Virus record (IMG/VR): IMGVR_UViG_3300020396_000007
Coordinates: 1 to 56,660 of that record
Direction: 5' to 3' (one strand)
Source of the DNA: a virus
Taxonomy: Duplodnaviria; Caudoviricetes
Length of the DNA: 56,660 nt
The translations under genes were made by a program, and so were the position numbers. The notes under the pieces were generated by a model. The model searched no databases. It saw only the letters and a program-made list of their open reading frames with translations, and was not told the DNA's origin. The number at the start of each line of letters is the position of its first letter. Within the stretch, counting starts at the first letter, position 1. This document shows positions 27,996-38,648 of the stretch, in pieces.

Positions 27996-30938
27996 TTATT
28001 TGACTAAACGCCTACGCATTGCTTCGACAATTCCATCAATTCTGCCCTGTATAGCCAAGCCATAGCCACCTTCTTCAGCCACAGCCATTAAGTCTTGCTT
28101 GAAGAACGTAAGCTCTTGTTCATTTGTCGGCTTGTACAAACCAAGCTCTTCGTTACCTAAAAGAAGATTTAGCATGGCGTCGTCTGTTCCTTCTCTCGCC
28201 GTAGCCATTTCATTTGCCGCTTTTTGTACTTCAGTTTGAAGCACGGTAGCTTCTTGTTGCTGTTGGGCTTGTAGTTGCTCTTGTTGCTGTTGGGCCTCTA
28301 ACCTTTGAGCTTCAAGTCTGTCGGCATTTGCTTGTTCAGCGTCAAGAGCCGCTTGTTGGCTGCTGGTAATAGGGGGTTGCGATGCCTCTCTTCTTTTGGC
28401 TTCTTCTTCTTTATCAAGGCGTACACGTTCTGCTTTGCCAAGCTCTATGTTTGATATTATTTTTTCCTTAGACGCCTGTAGGGTTTGAGCGTGTTGGTTA
28501 AGTTCTTTTTGAAGACCCTGTAAATGCATCAACTCACGCTGAACATTCGCAACATTCTCTGCAAAGTGTTCTGCGTACAAGGGATTTTTCAAAAGGGTGT
28601 TGAGGCGTCTTTGCTCCCTAGAAAGCTGTATTTGCTGGCTGTGTAAGGATGCTTGTGTTTGATCTATAAGCTTTATGTTTGTACTCAAGCTCTCGTCACC
28701 CGAAGCAACACGATCCGAAAGCTGAACGAACGTCATATTGGTAAGCGAGTTAGCTACTCCAATTACATCATTCATGCTAGTTTTGAGTGTATTTCCTTGG
28801 TCAAGAAGTACCGTAGTTTTTTCTGTATCATTAGCATAGCTGTCTTTAAGTACGTCATAGGTTGACGTGCGTACTTCTTCACGAGCCGTTCTATACGCTG
28901 TAAGAAACTCCGCTTGTTCATCTACTGACAAGTTAAATACTTCAGACATGTTCGTTAGCTTCTCGCGCTGCAAAGCGAGACTGAAAGCGTCCTGCTCAAG
29001 CTGACTATATTGAGAGCCGTTAAAGCCATTGGTCTGAAACGTCGCTACAAAAGCCTTTACCAAGTCTGACCTTTTGATGCGTCCCTGCTCATCAAGCTCG
29101 AATTTGTGGTTGCCGTCCGTAAGCAAACCGTTGTTCACCCGTTTGAAAAGTTCGTTCATAAACTCATCCGACATAGGAAAGTCTACACCCGCTCTTAATT
29201 CGTCAACTTGAGACATAACGCTTTGTATAATGTTAGCTTTAACAACGCCGTTTGTATCTTTATCTTCACCAATTATTAATGGATCGGCAAGCACTAGATT
29301 TGCGTTGTCTATAATCTTTTTAGTATCAAACGAACCACGCAACTGACCAGCACTTGTGTCTCCCATCTCAACTTTGGCGGTGTTTAACTTTTTAGCTTCT
29401 TCAGCATTTGCAGCTAACCGTATCTCTTGAAGGGCACCTTGAAACTTTTCTTCTGCAATTTCTTTGTGACGATCTGTAGCTGTTATACCTTGCGTAACAA
29501 GCTGAGACACAAAGTTATCTACAAACTTGGTTTTGCTTTTTTGTATTGCCTCAAGGTAAGCCTTTGGGTTGTCGTATTTTGTGTTGGCGTGCGCTTGAAC
29601 TATTTGTGTAAGCTCGCCTATATCGGTTGTGTACTTCGACTGGATGTCGGCTTTCTGTGCATTACTTAGCTTTATTGACCGACCAAGCTCTGCACTTAAA
29701 TCTTCTTCAATTTCTGCTATCACATCTTCAAAAGGACGTGCCGCAGCAGCAATTGATGCAATTTGTTCATCAGCATTGTTTACTGTTTTTGCTACAACCT
29801 GATCTTCACTTTTCTTTAACTTTTCGTCTGCTTGCGCTTTGAGCGCGTTTCTTGTCGCGTCAATCTGTGCAAAGTTTAAAACGATACCGTCTTTAGCGGC
29901 TTTCTCCACTACACCAGATACGTAACTGTTCCAAACTTCGGGGTTATCTATAGGGTATAGTTGCGCCTGTTGAACTAGCGTTTCTTCGTATGTTGTTTTT
30001 AGATTGCCAACTCTGTCAGCCTCATTTTTCTCAACAATCGCATCCATGTCGTCAAAGTCTGGAAGCGCGGCTTGATCAAACTGCTCTATAATTTCTGACT
30101 TTAGTGCAGCATACCTTTCTGGTGGCATAGTGGTACGCGCTTTTTCAAGCTTCGCCATTGCTTGCGCTTTACGTCTTTTAAGTACGACCTCTCTGTTGTC
30201 ACCTGACCTCTTGCGTACACTAGCTGGATACCTACCGTTAAGCACTTCAACCTGTCTGTTGAACTCTGCTATGTCCGTTGCACCTTGCGTAATGTTTTCC
30301 AGTTCCGCAGCGTACGAAGCTGTCTGCTCTGATAGATGACTTTTCAGAATAGAACCGTAGCTTCCAGACACTCTTTTCCCCCACACTTCACCAGCTTCTG
30401 ATATTAGAGCATCGTAAGAAGCTTGGGACTTGTCAGTTGTGAAAGCGGCAATCGTTGCCTTGTTCGACTTTAGCCATTGTTCCCATGCGGCTTGTTCAGT
30501 TGCGGCATCTGTCTGCCCAATGTATGTTTGGTCAATACCAAACTTCTCATATATAGAATTTCTGGAAGCCTCGTAATCTTTTGTGCCCCACGTACCCGCA
30601 ATCATGGGCGCGACTTCTGACGCAAGCCTCATGTTTTCTATCTCACGTCTACGTGCCTTTTCTTTCTTAGCTTCTTCTGCGGCTGCGGCCTTCTTTGCTT
30701 CTTCGGCTTGAAACTTCTTGTAGTTCCTTGTCATAGCAGACTTAGTAGGCAACCCACCAGAACCAACGCCAGTTTCTTTTATAAGCTTATTCGCAAAGTC
30801 GAGACGCTCTTGCGTATCTGCGCCAGGATTTAACCGAATAAAGTTAGAGTACATATCCGCGTTGTCTTTGCGTATGCTTCTACGTCTTTCGTCACCACGA
30901 TCAAGAGCTTTTGAAAACTCGCCCAACCCATAAAACAT
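27996..30938 (-). CDS. Internal virion protein, alpha-helical (980 aa)
   Basis: Ala/Glu/Gln/Lys-rich; position before the giant gene; AGGAG SD. Confidence 0.7.
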   Translation of the reverse strand: MFYGLGEFSKALDRGDERRRSIRKDNADMYSNFIRLNPGADTQERLDFANKLIKETGVGSGGLPTKSAMTRNYKKFQAEEAKKAAAAEEAKKEKARRREIENMRLASEVAPMIAGTWGTKDYEASRNSIYEKFGIDQTYIGQTDAATEQAAWEQWLKSNKATIAAFTTDKSQASYDALISEAGEVWGKRVSGSYGSILKSHLSEQTASYAAELENITQGATDIAEFNRQVEVLNGRYPASVRKRSGDNREVVLKRRKAQAMAKLEKARTTMPPERYAALKSEIIEQFDQAALPDFDDMDAIVEKNEADRVGNLKTTYEETLVQQAQLYPIDNPEVWNSYVSGVVEKAAKDGIVLNFAQIDATRNALKAQADEKLKKSEDQVVAKTVNNADEQIASIAAAARPFEDVIAEIEEDLSAELGRSIKLSNAQKADIQSKYTTDIGELTQIVQAHANTKYDNPKAYLEAIQKSKTKFVDNFVSQLVTQGITATDRHKEIAEEKFQGALQEIRLAANAEEAKKLNTAKVEMGDTSAGQLRGSFDTKKIIDNANLVLADPLIIGEDKDTNGVVKANIIQSVMSQVDELRAGVDFPMSDEFMNELFKRVNNGLLTDGNHKFELDEQGRIKRSDLVKAFVATFQTNGFNGSQYSQLEQDAFSLALQREKLTNMSEVFNLSVDEQAEFLTAYRTAREEVRTSTYDVLKDSYANDTEKTTVLLDQGNTLKTSMNDVIGVANSLTNMTFVQLSDRVASGDESLSTNIKLIDQTQASLHSQQIQLSREQRRLNTLLKNPLYAEHFAENVANVQRELMHLQGLQKELNQHAQTLQASKEKIISNIELGKAERVRLDKEEEAKRREASQPPITSSQQAALDAEQANADRLEAQRLEAQQQQEQLQAQQQQEATVLQTEVQKAANEMATAREGTDDAMLNLLLGNEELGLYKPTNEQELTFFKQDLMAVAEEGGYGLAIQGRIDGIVEAMRRRLVK

Positions 30939-30947
30939 GTTTATCTC

Positions 30948-32132
30948 CTACGCTATTGGCCGAGTGTCATAACCCATATAACGATCCCAAGCGCTGCCAA
31001 AAGCACCGCCCGCGTTCTTAGCGTTAGCTACCATTGTCTGCGTTAGATTATCTGAGGACGATAAAGCTGATCCGAAGCTCGCTGCCGTACTGCCATCTGC
31101 TCCAAATTTATACGGAGAGGCGGCCATATTCATTTGAGCAGACAGGTAATCGTTAAAGACGCTCGACTGCTTATTCATGGTATCCATACCAGTTATATAG
31201 TCAGTTAGAGTTGTGTTGTTTCGTACGTTATACATCGAAGACAAATCACTTATTGCGCTAGACCGAGCGCTGTTTTGAGTATTGTACAAGTCCATGCCAT
31301 AGTTGCCGTACGCAATTTCGTTGTTAATGTTAGCTGTTGCGTAGTCTGTAGCATTACCTATTAGCTCTTGACCAAACTTACGCTCTGACAGGTTCATAAG
31401 CTGTTCGCCCGCAGTAGTTTCCTGTACGCCCCTTGTGTAACTCATCGCGTCATTCATGCCGTCAACCATAGCTTTGTTGAGAGCTTGTGCTTGAAAGTCG
31501 GCCGCGCTCTTGGATAGCTCTACTTCTAGGGTAGAACCACCACCCCTACTTTGACCACCCGTATCGCTCATCATGCCTTTACGCATTAAGTCGGCTGCAC
31601 CTTTTGAGTACATCTTGTCAGCAGCGCGTGAGGCATTTGCCATACGAGCATTAATAAACTTGCCAGCAATACGATCAATCTGGGGGGCCATGTCGTACGT
31701 ACTAGGCGAGTTGTAATTAAAGATAGCGTCCTGGCCGCTAACTGCGCCGTCACCTCTGTCTTGATAACCTTGGCCCCTACCTCTAAAATCAGCATCCATG
31801 CCAAAGAGCATCTTTAGATCTGCGGCTTCTTCTTCGTCTATCTTTCCTTCGTTCAACTGCTCTTCAAGTATTCGAGAAGTCGAAAAGTAATTTTTCATCG
31901 TAGTGAATTTTTGTGAGGATATTTCGTCCATGCCATCGAAAGAGTTAGTAAGCTCTTCGAGAACCTTCTTCATTTCCTCAGAGCCGTCATCGTAAAGACC
32001 CATGATCTTTTCGTTACGAGCAATTTCTGCCGCAGTCAAAGCACTCTGTGCCGAAGCCGCTTGACCTGCGGCTTGGTTAGACTTGATAGCGTTGTAGCCA
32101 GTTATCCCAGCTAAAATTAATGATGCAACCAT
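30948..32132 (-). CDS. Internal virion / pilot-type protein (394 aa)
   Basis: Hydrophobic N-terminus then Ala-rich helix, as in P22/T7-type ejection proteins; AAGGAG SD. Confidence 0.65.
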   Translation of the reverse strand: MVASLILAGITGYNAIKSNQAAGQAASAQSALTAAEIARNEKIMGLYDDGSEEMKKVLEELTNSFDGMDEISSQKFTTMKNYFSTSRILEEQLNEGKIDEEEAADLKMLFGMDADFRGRGQGYQDRGDGAVSGQDAIFNYNSPSTYDMAPQIDRIAGKFINARMANASRAADKMYSKGAADLMRKGMMSDTGGQSRGGGSTLEVELSKSAADFQAQALNKAMVDGMNDAMSYTRGVQETTAGEQLMNLSERKFGQELIGNATDYATANINNEIAYGNYGMDLYNTQNSARSSAISDLSSMYNVRNNTTLTDYITGMDTMNKQSSVFNDYLSAQMNMAASPYKFGADGSTAASFGSALSSSDNLTQTMVANAKNAGGAFGSAWDRYMGYDTRPIA

Positions 32133-32143
32133 CTATTCACTCC

Positions 32144-33832
32144 TTACACGAAGCTTCCGAACCCAGATCTTCGCTCGTTCCTAAAGCTCGTCAAACTGTT
32201 GTTGCCACCCAAAGACTGCATACCAATCGGTACATTCACGTACCGTATCTCGCCTGTGTCTTTGTCTTTAACTGCACGACGTTGATATACACCCTTGTTG
32301 CCGCCTTGGTTAAATGTTGGGATCATCGAGGCCATCATGCTAGGGTCAAAAGCAAACCCGTACGCGTTCAAGAACGCGGCAGGGTCGTATGCGTTTGAAC
32401 CCAGATCGAGGTCGTTGAGGTACTTGGCAAGCATCTCTTCTGTTAAGTAATCATCTGGAAGCGCCGTATTGCCAGAAACTTCAGTCGTATCACTGTAATT
32501 GTTTACAATGGTGCTTTCTTGACCTTGAAGTGCTGCAATTTGAGCTTGAAGGTCCGCGATTATCGTTGCGTAGCCCGCGCCACCATCATCAGCGGGAACC
32601 TGTATATCAGAACCATCAACCCCACCACCAGTACCATCACCACCATCACCACCATCACCACCTGATGCTGCGTCTAATGCAGCCTGTGTCGCTACGGCCA
32701 TGTCATAGTCAGATTGGCTTGTATAAGTAACGCCGTTGAACTCTTTTGAGAAGCCAGCAACTACATCGGCACCTCCGTCACCATCGCCATCACCGTCTCC
32801 ATCGCCATCTCCGTCACCGTCTCCGTCGCCGTCTCCATCACCGTCACCATCTCCGTCACCGTCACCATCTCCGTCACCATCTCCGTCACCGCCGTTGCCG
32901 ATGTAGCCAGCGCTACCTGGGCCAGATAATGGGACTGGATCGTTGGGGCTACCTGGGCCGTCACCGTCTATTCCACCTGGAAGGTTATTACCGAAACCGC
33001 CCGCTTCTGTTTCGCTTAAGGAAATATTTCCATCACCGTCCAGATCAAGCCCAGTGTTATCTATGTCACTGAAGCTGTCTCCTGAGTTACCTGGGCCACC
33101 ACCATTAATCGTGTCTGTGAAATTATCATAACCAAAGAGAGGGAAGGCACCAGCGCTGCCGTCTATTCCACCTGGCAGGTTGGCACTACCTGTTGCCGCT
33201 TCAGCCTCTACGGAAGTAATATATCCATCACCGTCCGTATCCATGCCAGTATTGTTAGCCGTACTGAAGCTGTCTCCTGCCATGCCTGGTCCACCACCAT
33301 CGAACATGTCACCAATGCCAGTATAGCCAACCCCGTCACCATCAAAGTCCAACGCTGAACCGCTGCTACCGTCAGCACCACCTGGCAGGTTATTACCGAA
33401 ACCGCCCGCTTCTGTTTCAGCGTCTGAGATGTTGCCATCACCGTCCGTATCCAGAGCAGAGTTGTCTTTTGTACTGTAACTGTCTCCCGATTTTCCAGGG
33501 CCACCACCGTCGAACATATCACCAAAGCTAATATACTTGGCAGGAGAACCAGTGCCAGTCCCACTTCCCATTATGTCGCTCTCATCTGTTGTGGCAAAAC
33601 TAGGAGGTTTATAAGTTCCGTCACGGTCTGAGACCAGTGCGTTCAGTTCATCACCATCGGTTCCCCAAGGATCATCGCTGGAAGCATAAATGTCATTGAT
33701 CCTGTCTTGGTTCGTCTTACTGCTACCGCCGCCGCCCCCGCCGCCGCCACCGCCGCCGCCGCCGCCGCTCTCACTACCGAAAACTGGCATACGTACAATA
33801 GGGAATAAAAGCTGATTTAAGGAATGTCTCAT
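32144..33832 (-). CDS. Gly/Asp-rich repeat protein with EF-hand-like loops (562 aa)
   Basis: Three ~54-aa repeats each containing DxDGDGxIxxxE; (DG)n and poly-Gly tracts. Confidence 0.8.
   Translation of the reverse strand: MRHSLNQLLFPIVRMPVFGSESGGGGGGGGGGGGGGSSKTNQDRINDIYASSDDPWGTDGDELNALVSDRDGTYKPPSFATTDESDIMGSGTGTGSPAKYISFGDMFDGGGPGKSGDSYSTKDNSALDTDGDGNISDAETEAGGFGNNLPGGADGSSGSALDFDGDGVGYTGIGDMFDGGGPGMAGDSFSTANNTGMDTDGDGYITSVEAEAATGSANLPGGIDGSAGAFPLFGYDNFTDTINGGGPGNSGDSFSDIDNTGLDLDGDGNISLSETEAGGFGNNLPGGIDGDGPGSPNDPVPLSGPGSAGYIGNGGDGDGDGDGDGDGDGDGDGDGDGDGDGDGDGDGDGDGDGGADVVAGFSKEFNGVTYTSQSDYDMAVATQAALDAASGGDGGDGGDGTGGGVDGSDIQVPADDGGAGYATIIADLQAQIAALQGQESTIVNNYSDTTEVSGNTALPDDYLTEEMLAKYLNDLDLGSNAYDPAAFLNAYGFAFDPSMMASMIPTFNQGGNKGVYQRRAVKDKDTGEIRYVNVPIGMQSLGGNNSLTSFRNERRSGFGSFV
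32774..32890. repeat. Degenerate hexamer tandem repeat encoding about 19 Asp-Gly units
   Basis: CCGTCA/CCATCT/CCGTCT/CCATCG variants on +. Confidence 0.9.
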
Positions 33833-34299
33833 TTGGTTTTCTCCAAGCGGTAGTTCGCGCCAACGACGTCGTAACCACGTTTTTTCATCAAGCTGTCAAA
33901 AGCCTTCGGGTTAATATCTGTGGTGAAGCCAAGGCGTATCTCTGACGCACCTTTATCAATCGCCCACTTTTCAAAGGCATCCAACAACCTCAAGCCAACT
34001 CGCGTACCGCGTAGGGACTTAGTAACAAACCAAGCAATATCATTCGCCACGTACTCGTCGCTGAAATAATATTTGCTCATGTATCCTGCATATAGTCCCA
34101 CAGGTTTGTCGCCTTTTCGTGCTATGATCGCTGTCTTGTTTTCATCGTTTAAGTACCAGTCAAAAGTTTCCAGAACGCGCTTTGGTTCAAAATTTAACTG
34201 TGAGTACGAACTTTCGGAGTGCATCTGTCGGCCTAGTTCAACCAACGCTTTAGCATCTTCCCCAGTTGCTTCTATGTGTGAGTATGAGACTGAAGACAA
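33829..34299 (-). CDS. GNAT-family acetyltransferase
   Basis: WFV...RGTRVGLRLLDAFEKWA...GA acetyl-CoA motif A, RGY; GAGG SD plus TTG. Confidence 0.88.
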   Translation of the reverse strand: MSSVSYSHIEATGEDAKALVELGRQMHSESSYSQLNFEPKRVLETFDWYLNDENKTAIIARKGDKPVGLYAGYMSKYYFSDEYVANDIAWFVTKSLRGTRVGLRLLDAFEKWAIDKGASEIRLGFTTDINPKAFDSLMKKRGYDVVGANYRLEKTK

Positions 34300-34307
34300 A
34301 CTTACCT

Positions 34308-34565
34308 CTACCTATATCCATACTTTGAAGTTATCTTTTTGACAGCTTCATCCATGTTGTAAAACTCAAGCATCCCGCTTTCTGGGTTAAATGAGCCAGC
34401 GCCACCAATGTCTTGGAGTAGCTTAATAGTGAATGGAGAAGCGCGAACCATCATGCTATCACCCTCACGTCCCATATCACTGGTCTTACTGTCTGATGCG
34501 GCCTGTTCCTTACGGGCAGATATAGACTTGCCTGTGTTTGGGCCAAATACGTCACTGAACGGCAT
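34308..34565 (-). CDS. Small virion-associated hypothetical protein (85 aa)
   Basis: GREGD...GGAGSFNPESGMLEF motif; AAGGAG SD before 34565. Confidence 0.75.
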   Translation of the reverse strand: MPFSDVFGPNTGKSISARKEQAASDSKTSDMGREGDSMMVRASPFTIKLLQDIGGAGSFNPESGMLEFYNMDEAVKKITSKYGYR

Positions 34566-34622
34566 CTCTTTCTCCTTGTTCAACTTTGAAACTATAAGGT
34601 AATAGACCTACTACAGTCGTCC

Positions 34623-35537
34623 TTATCGCATCATATTCTGGGCACGACGTTTTGCATCGCGTGTCAGCACTCGTCTCGAATACTTTGGGGTTACGATTTC
34701 GGGTCTTACTTTTCGACGTTTCATCTCGTCTCCTATCTCATCAGCCTTCGATAGACTTTCTGCTGAGATAGATGGATCAACTGTCATATAGTTCTTAGCG
34801 GCATTGTAATACGTCATCATCGCATCATTAAGTTGTGCGTCTGTCTCGCCTTTGTACCTTCCAGCAGATGTTGAGCGACCAGTCATTCCAGCGTCAAAGC
34901 TTGTGTCGCCCGTATTATATGCGTGAGAAAACATCTTCTTAACGTCACCCAATGCGTCAAAGTAGTTTTCGTCTAGGTTTCCGTAGGTAAGCTCGACAAA
35001 GCCAGTCTTATTGGTCCCTGTGAACATACTGTACTTTCCATCACGACCCTGCTCTACGAAAACAGATCCGCTTAGTTTGCTTTGCGTTTCTCTGGGCAAC
35101 GAAGCCCTATAGCTTTCGATTGCGTTATTTGCCATCTGAGAAGTCTGGTACGAAAGGATGTCATCTTGCTGTCGCTGTAAATGCTCTGGCGTACGGTTGC
35201 CACGAGTATCTGTCGTAAGCGATCCCCGTGCGTCTACGTACGCAAGGCCGCTCGTAGAGTTTGGGTTTTGCATAAAGACCTCTTGGCGCTCAAATCGCTT
35301 CTGCGGCAAAGGTAAGAGTGTCTGCATGTCTGTCCATCCCCACCCACTTTTTGACCTTTCTGGGTCGGTATACACACTTATCGCATCGCGGTTATCAGTA
35401 TTATCGACTGTACCTAATTGTTCTTTTAGAATTTCCAAAAGTTCGGCTTCGTCTCCATTGATATGGATGGATTGCATACCGTCTGCATCCATGTTCTGAT
35501 TAATGATTTCGCTGTCCATATCCATTATCCTGTGCAT
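34623..35537 (-). CDS. Hypothetical protein (~300 aa) in tail region
   Basis: Long ORF co-oriented in the virion operon; start uncertain. Confidence 0.75.
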   Translation of the reverse strand: MHRIMDMDSEIINQNMDADGMQSIHINGDEAELLEILKEQLGTVDNTDNRDAISVYTDPERSKSGWGWTDMQTLLPLPQKRFERQEVFMQNPNSTSGLAYVDARGSLTTDTRGNRTPEHLQRQQDDILSYQTSQMANNAIESYRASLPRETQSKLSGSVFVEQGRDGKYSMFTGTNKTGFVELTYGNLDENYFDALGDVKKMFSHAYNTGDTSFDAGMTGRSTSAGRYKGETDAQLNDAMMTYYNAAKNYMTVDPSISAESLSKADEIGDEMKRRKVRPEIVTPKYSRRVLTRDAKRRAQNMMR

Positions 35538-35557
35538 ATCTTGAGATCGTTGTTAGG

Positions 35558-37126
35558 TCAGACATTCGTAATCACAGCCGCCAATGTCACTTCAATGTCC
35601 TGTAAGCTGTTTGCTGATGAAACTGAGAACCCTACTTCGCGAGAAGTTGTCGTCGCATCTATTGCTATAGACGCAGACAAGTTCTGTTCTGTAAGGCTTG
35701 AGCTTACGGGTATAACGTCACCCGCATTGATCCCGTTGATCTTTAGCTGGATGTTTGCTGTACCTGATGAACTCTTTGCTGCAATCGCATCAATACGTAC
35801 GTTTTGCTTGAAAGCTCGCGTTATCACTAAGTCACCGTTAGAGACACTTCCACTTTTCTGAAAGAAGAAACTACGCGTAGCAAACGTATCTGGCAACTGT
35901 GCGATTGGAAGGCGACCCGTGGCGTCCAGACCTGCTACTCCATCGGCTGCTCCGATGTAAGTCTTCGGGACTACGGCGGTAAAATCTACGTCAGCAAATT
36001 CTAGCCCGCCGCCTGTAGAGTTGATACGCAAAAACTGAAGTGCGTTTACCGTACCGAACGCAGGAATACCTGTGTCTGGTGATGTAAGAAGCCAGCCCGT
36101 ACCGTTGTAAAACTTGAGTACGTTAGGGCTACTTGCTGTATCTACCCACATGTCACCCGCATTGGCTGCCGAAGGCTCCGATGGGCTTACGTACACGCGG
36201 CCCCTGTTTGTGAGGAGTGCCGTAATACCGTTTACTTTTGCCTGTGGGATTTCAGCATCTGCAATAGCCAGCTTACTAAATGGGATGAACCCCGCAGTAT
36301 TTGTAAACTTGTCTTCGGTCATAAGACCACTGACACGAACCTGAGATGTATCTTCAACAATCATAAACGTCACAAGATCGTTTTGCGTCATAGCTGACGT
36401 AAACGTAATTGTAGAGTTTGCAGGTTGCTGAGTATAATCGTTCGTACCACCTTGACGCTGAAGTACGCCGTTCCTGTGGACAAGAACCTTTTGGTCTTCG
36501 TTATGTACGAAGGGGAAAACAGCTTGCGAAACACCAGCTAAAACGTCTTGGCGGGTAAACCCACTATCGTTTGCAGACTGTACTTTGTAGATAGTAACCA
36601 AATCCGCAGCAGACGTTGCCTGACTTAAAGTAACGGTATTCGCTGTGTTCGAGTTAGTGTAAGTGGTCTCAGCTTGAAGAGCGCCGTTTAAGTACACTAC
36701 GATAGCGTCAGCAGCTTCGTGTAGAAAGTTAAATGACGTCGTGCCAGTTGGGTTAGCGATTGTGCCGCTTCCATCAGCCTCGTTAATAACAATGTCTTGA
36801 CGTGCAGAAAACAGAGGGGCACCAATCGTACCAACGTCTGATCCGCTTGCTCCTCTTATAGCAGTAGAAGCGGCTAGTAGTTGCCAACCATCTTCGGCTT
36901 CTGTGTAAGACCCAACTCTGTACTGTAATCCGTTTGTACTGTCGTTTCTTAATTCAACAGGAGCCTTCAAAACACCGTTGGTGTCGTACAGACCCTTGAT
37001 GAGTTCGGCAAGCGTATAGTCACCGACCTCGGCTGAGTTTAGGTAGCGTACGATATTTTCGACGTCCGCTCCTATATTTCCTGAACTCGTATGGTTTCCT
37101 GGAAACAGGACTTTTAAGCGAGCCAT
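35558..37126 (-). CDS. Tail / fibre-base structural protein (~522 aa)
   Basis: Repeated VYLNG.LQ...Y...T.T modules, P.....GDMW.D motif, GVAGLDATG; AAGGAG SD before MARLKV at 37126. Confidence 0.75.
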   Translation of the reverse strand: MARLKVLFPGNHTSSGNIGADVENIVRYLNSAEVGDYTLAELIKGLYDTNGVLKAPVELRNDSTNGLQYRVGSYTEAEDGWQLLAASTAIRGASGSDVGTIGAPLFSARQDIVINEADGSGTIANPTGTTSFNFLHEAADAIVVYLNGALQAETTYTNSNTANTVTLSQATSAADLVTIYKVQSANDSGFTRQDVLAGVSQAVFPFVHNEDQKVLVHRNGVLQRQGGTNDYTQQPANSTITFTSAMTQNDLVTFMIVEDTSQVRVSGLMTEDKFTNTAGFIPFSKLAIADAEIPQAKVNGITALLTNRGRVYVSPSEPSAANAGDMWVDTASSPNVLKFYNGTGWLLTSPDTGIPAFGTVNALQFLRINSTGGGLEFADVDFTAVVPKTYIGAADGVAGLDATGRLPIAQLPDTFATRSFFFQKSGSVSNGDLVITRAFKQNVRIDAIAAKSSSGTANIQLKINGINAGDVIPVSSSLTEQNLSASIAIDATTTSREVGFSVSSANSLQDIEVTLAAVITNV

Positions 37127-37127
37127 T

Positions 37128-38648
37128 TTATTTCTCCTTGTGTAATAGGAACGCAAAGCTGATGATCGTAACATCAGTCTGAGTATCTTTTTCATCAGTA
37201 CGGAAGCGTAAACGACACCCCCGAAAGATATGATTAAACGGGTAAGAATAGTCATGGAAAAGAGGTGCATCGCCCCATTTCTCATCTCCTCGTATTCGGT
37301 CTAAGTTCACTTCAAGCGAACCCATATCGGCACCTATCTCATCGCTTATATCGACGTAGAACCTGCCAGTGCCTGTTGCTTGAATAATAAAGGTGTGTGA
37401 CCTCTTAGTTCCAAGAAAATCACCCAACCAAAGGACAGGAGTTTCCGCGTTCATAGGAGACCTACGCAAATCAGATACGCCCGTATCCTGCTGAAAAGTT
37501 CTTTGGGTAGCCTCGTACACGCCGTCACTGGTTCCGAACATTAGTCGGCCACCAAGAAACGCCCCCGCTCTAGGTAGTAATGTATCGCCAAGCTGGAAGT
37601 TTACCATCTCATAACCAGACCGAAAGTTCATACTCAAGCGTACGGTTTGAGTATCGCCTGGTCGTGGGAAGAATACGTGATACGTCTGCGTATCAGGATC
37701 GTACACGGCTGAAATGGTTTCAGGGTTTGGCGTCGTACGAACAAGCTCTTGATATAAGGGTTCTACTTCGTCAGATAGTGAGGCTTCAGCAATAGTAATA
37801 CCGTTTTGTTCTGAACGCATAATCGAGTGAATACCTCGCCGCGAGCAAAACAACAGGTCAGAGCCAGCGTTTACAACTGAGTTGTGAGAGATACACCCAA
37901 TACGCAAGTTGGCACGGGCGTCTAGTTGCCATTGCTCAAAGTCAGGGTCAATAATGTAAACAAGGGTTTGATCTCGCGTGAATACAGCAAGACGGTTAGC
38001 TTCAAACGTACCCATTCCAACAATCTCGTCGGCAGTACCGATTAGGTTTGATATGTCGATAAATGCAGCGCGTGTTACTTCTTCTGTAGGGGCTTCCTCT
38101 TCTAAGAAGATGTCTGGATTATCGACACGGCTAAACTCTATGGTCGTAGGTCTATCTTTAAAACCTGAGACAGCCAAACGACGCTGTATAGGAACGCCGA
38201 ACTTTGGCTTTATTGATGCCGTAGATGTCGAAAATTCAAACCCATCATAGCGGTACATGCGAGTATCTTGGTTAAAGATATGTACCTTACCTTGGAAGTT
38301 TGTCATGCTGACTACTGAACTTTTAGCAAACGCATTATCAAGGCGGTGCCCTCGGTCAGATGCGAGGTGAGTACCAGCCGCGTCCTCTTCAGCAAAGCAA
38401 ACGCCATCTCTGTTATAAAAGCGCAAGCATTTTACGGGGAAACGGTTGGAGCCTTTGTGTAAATAAAACGAAGGATCGCGAATAAGCTGACCTCTGTAAT
38501 CCACATAACAGTTTTCCAGCGTAAAAAAGTTTTGATCTTTCTCTGTCTCTAAGGCTGTAATATCTCGCGAACGATCAATACCACGAAAGCCGAAGTAGGT
38601 TCGGCTGTCTGACTTTATAGATATTGGTGAGTAAGCAAGTCTTGCCAT
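37128..38648 (-). CDS. Tail nozzle / DNA-stabilisation protein (P22 gp10 / T7 gp12 analogue)
   Basis: FRGID, R L..SG, FS..D.P, IGC....S motifs of a propeller nozzle; follows the adaptor gene. Confidence 0.7.
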   Translation of the reverse strand: MARLAYSPISIKSDSRTYFGFRGIDRSRDITALETEKDQNFFTLENCYVDYRGQLIRDPSFYLHKGSNRFPVKCLRFYNRDGVCFAEEDAAGTHLASDRGHRLDNAFAKSSVVSMTNFQGKVHIFNQDTRMYRYDGFEFSTSTASIKPKFGVPIQRRLAVSGFKDRPTTIEFSRVDNPDIFLEEEAPTEEVTRAAFIDISNLIGTADEIVGMGTFEANRLAVFTRDQTLVYIIDPDFEQWQLDARANLRIGCISHNSVVNAGSDLLFCSRRGIHSIMRSEQNGITIAEASLSDEVEPLYQELVRTTPNPETISAVYDPDTQTYHVFFPRPGDTQTVRLSMNFRSGYEMVNFQLGDTLLPRAGAFLGGRLMFGTSDGVYEATQRTFQQDTGVSDLRRSPMNAETPVLWLGDFLGTKRSHTFIIQATGTGRFYVDISDEIGADMGSLEVNLDRIRGDEKWGDAPLFHDYSYPFNHIFRGCRLRFRTDEKDTQTDVTIISFAFLLHKEK

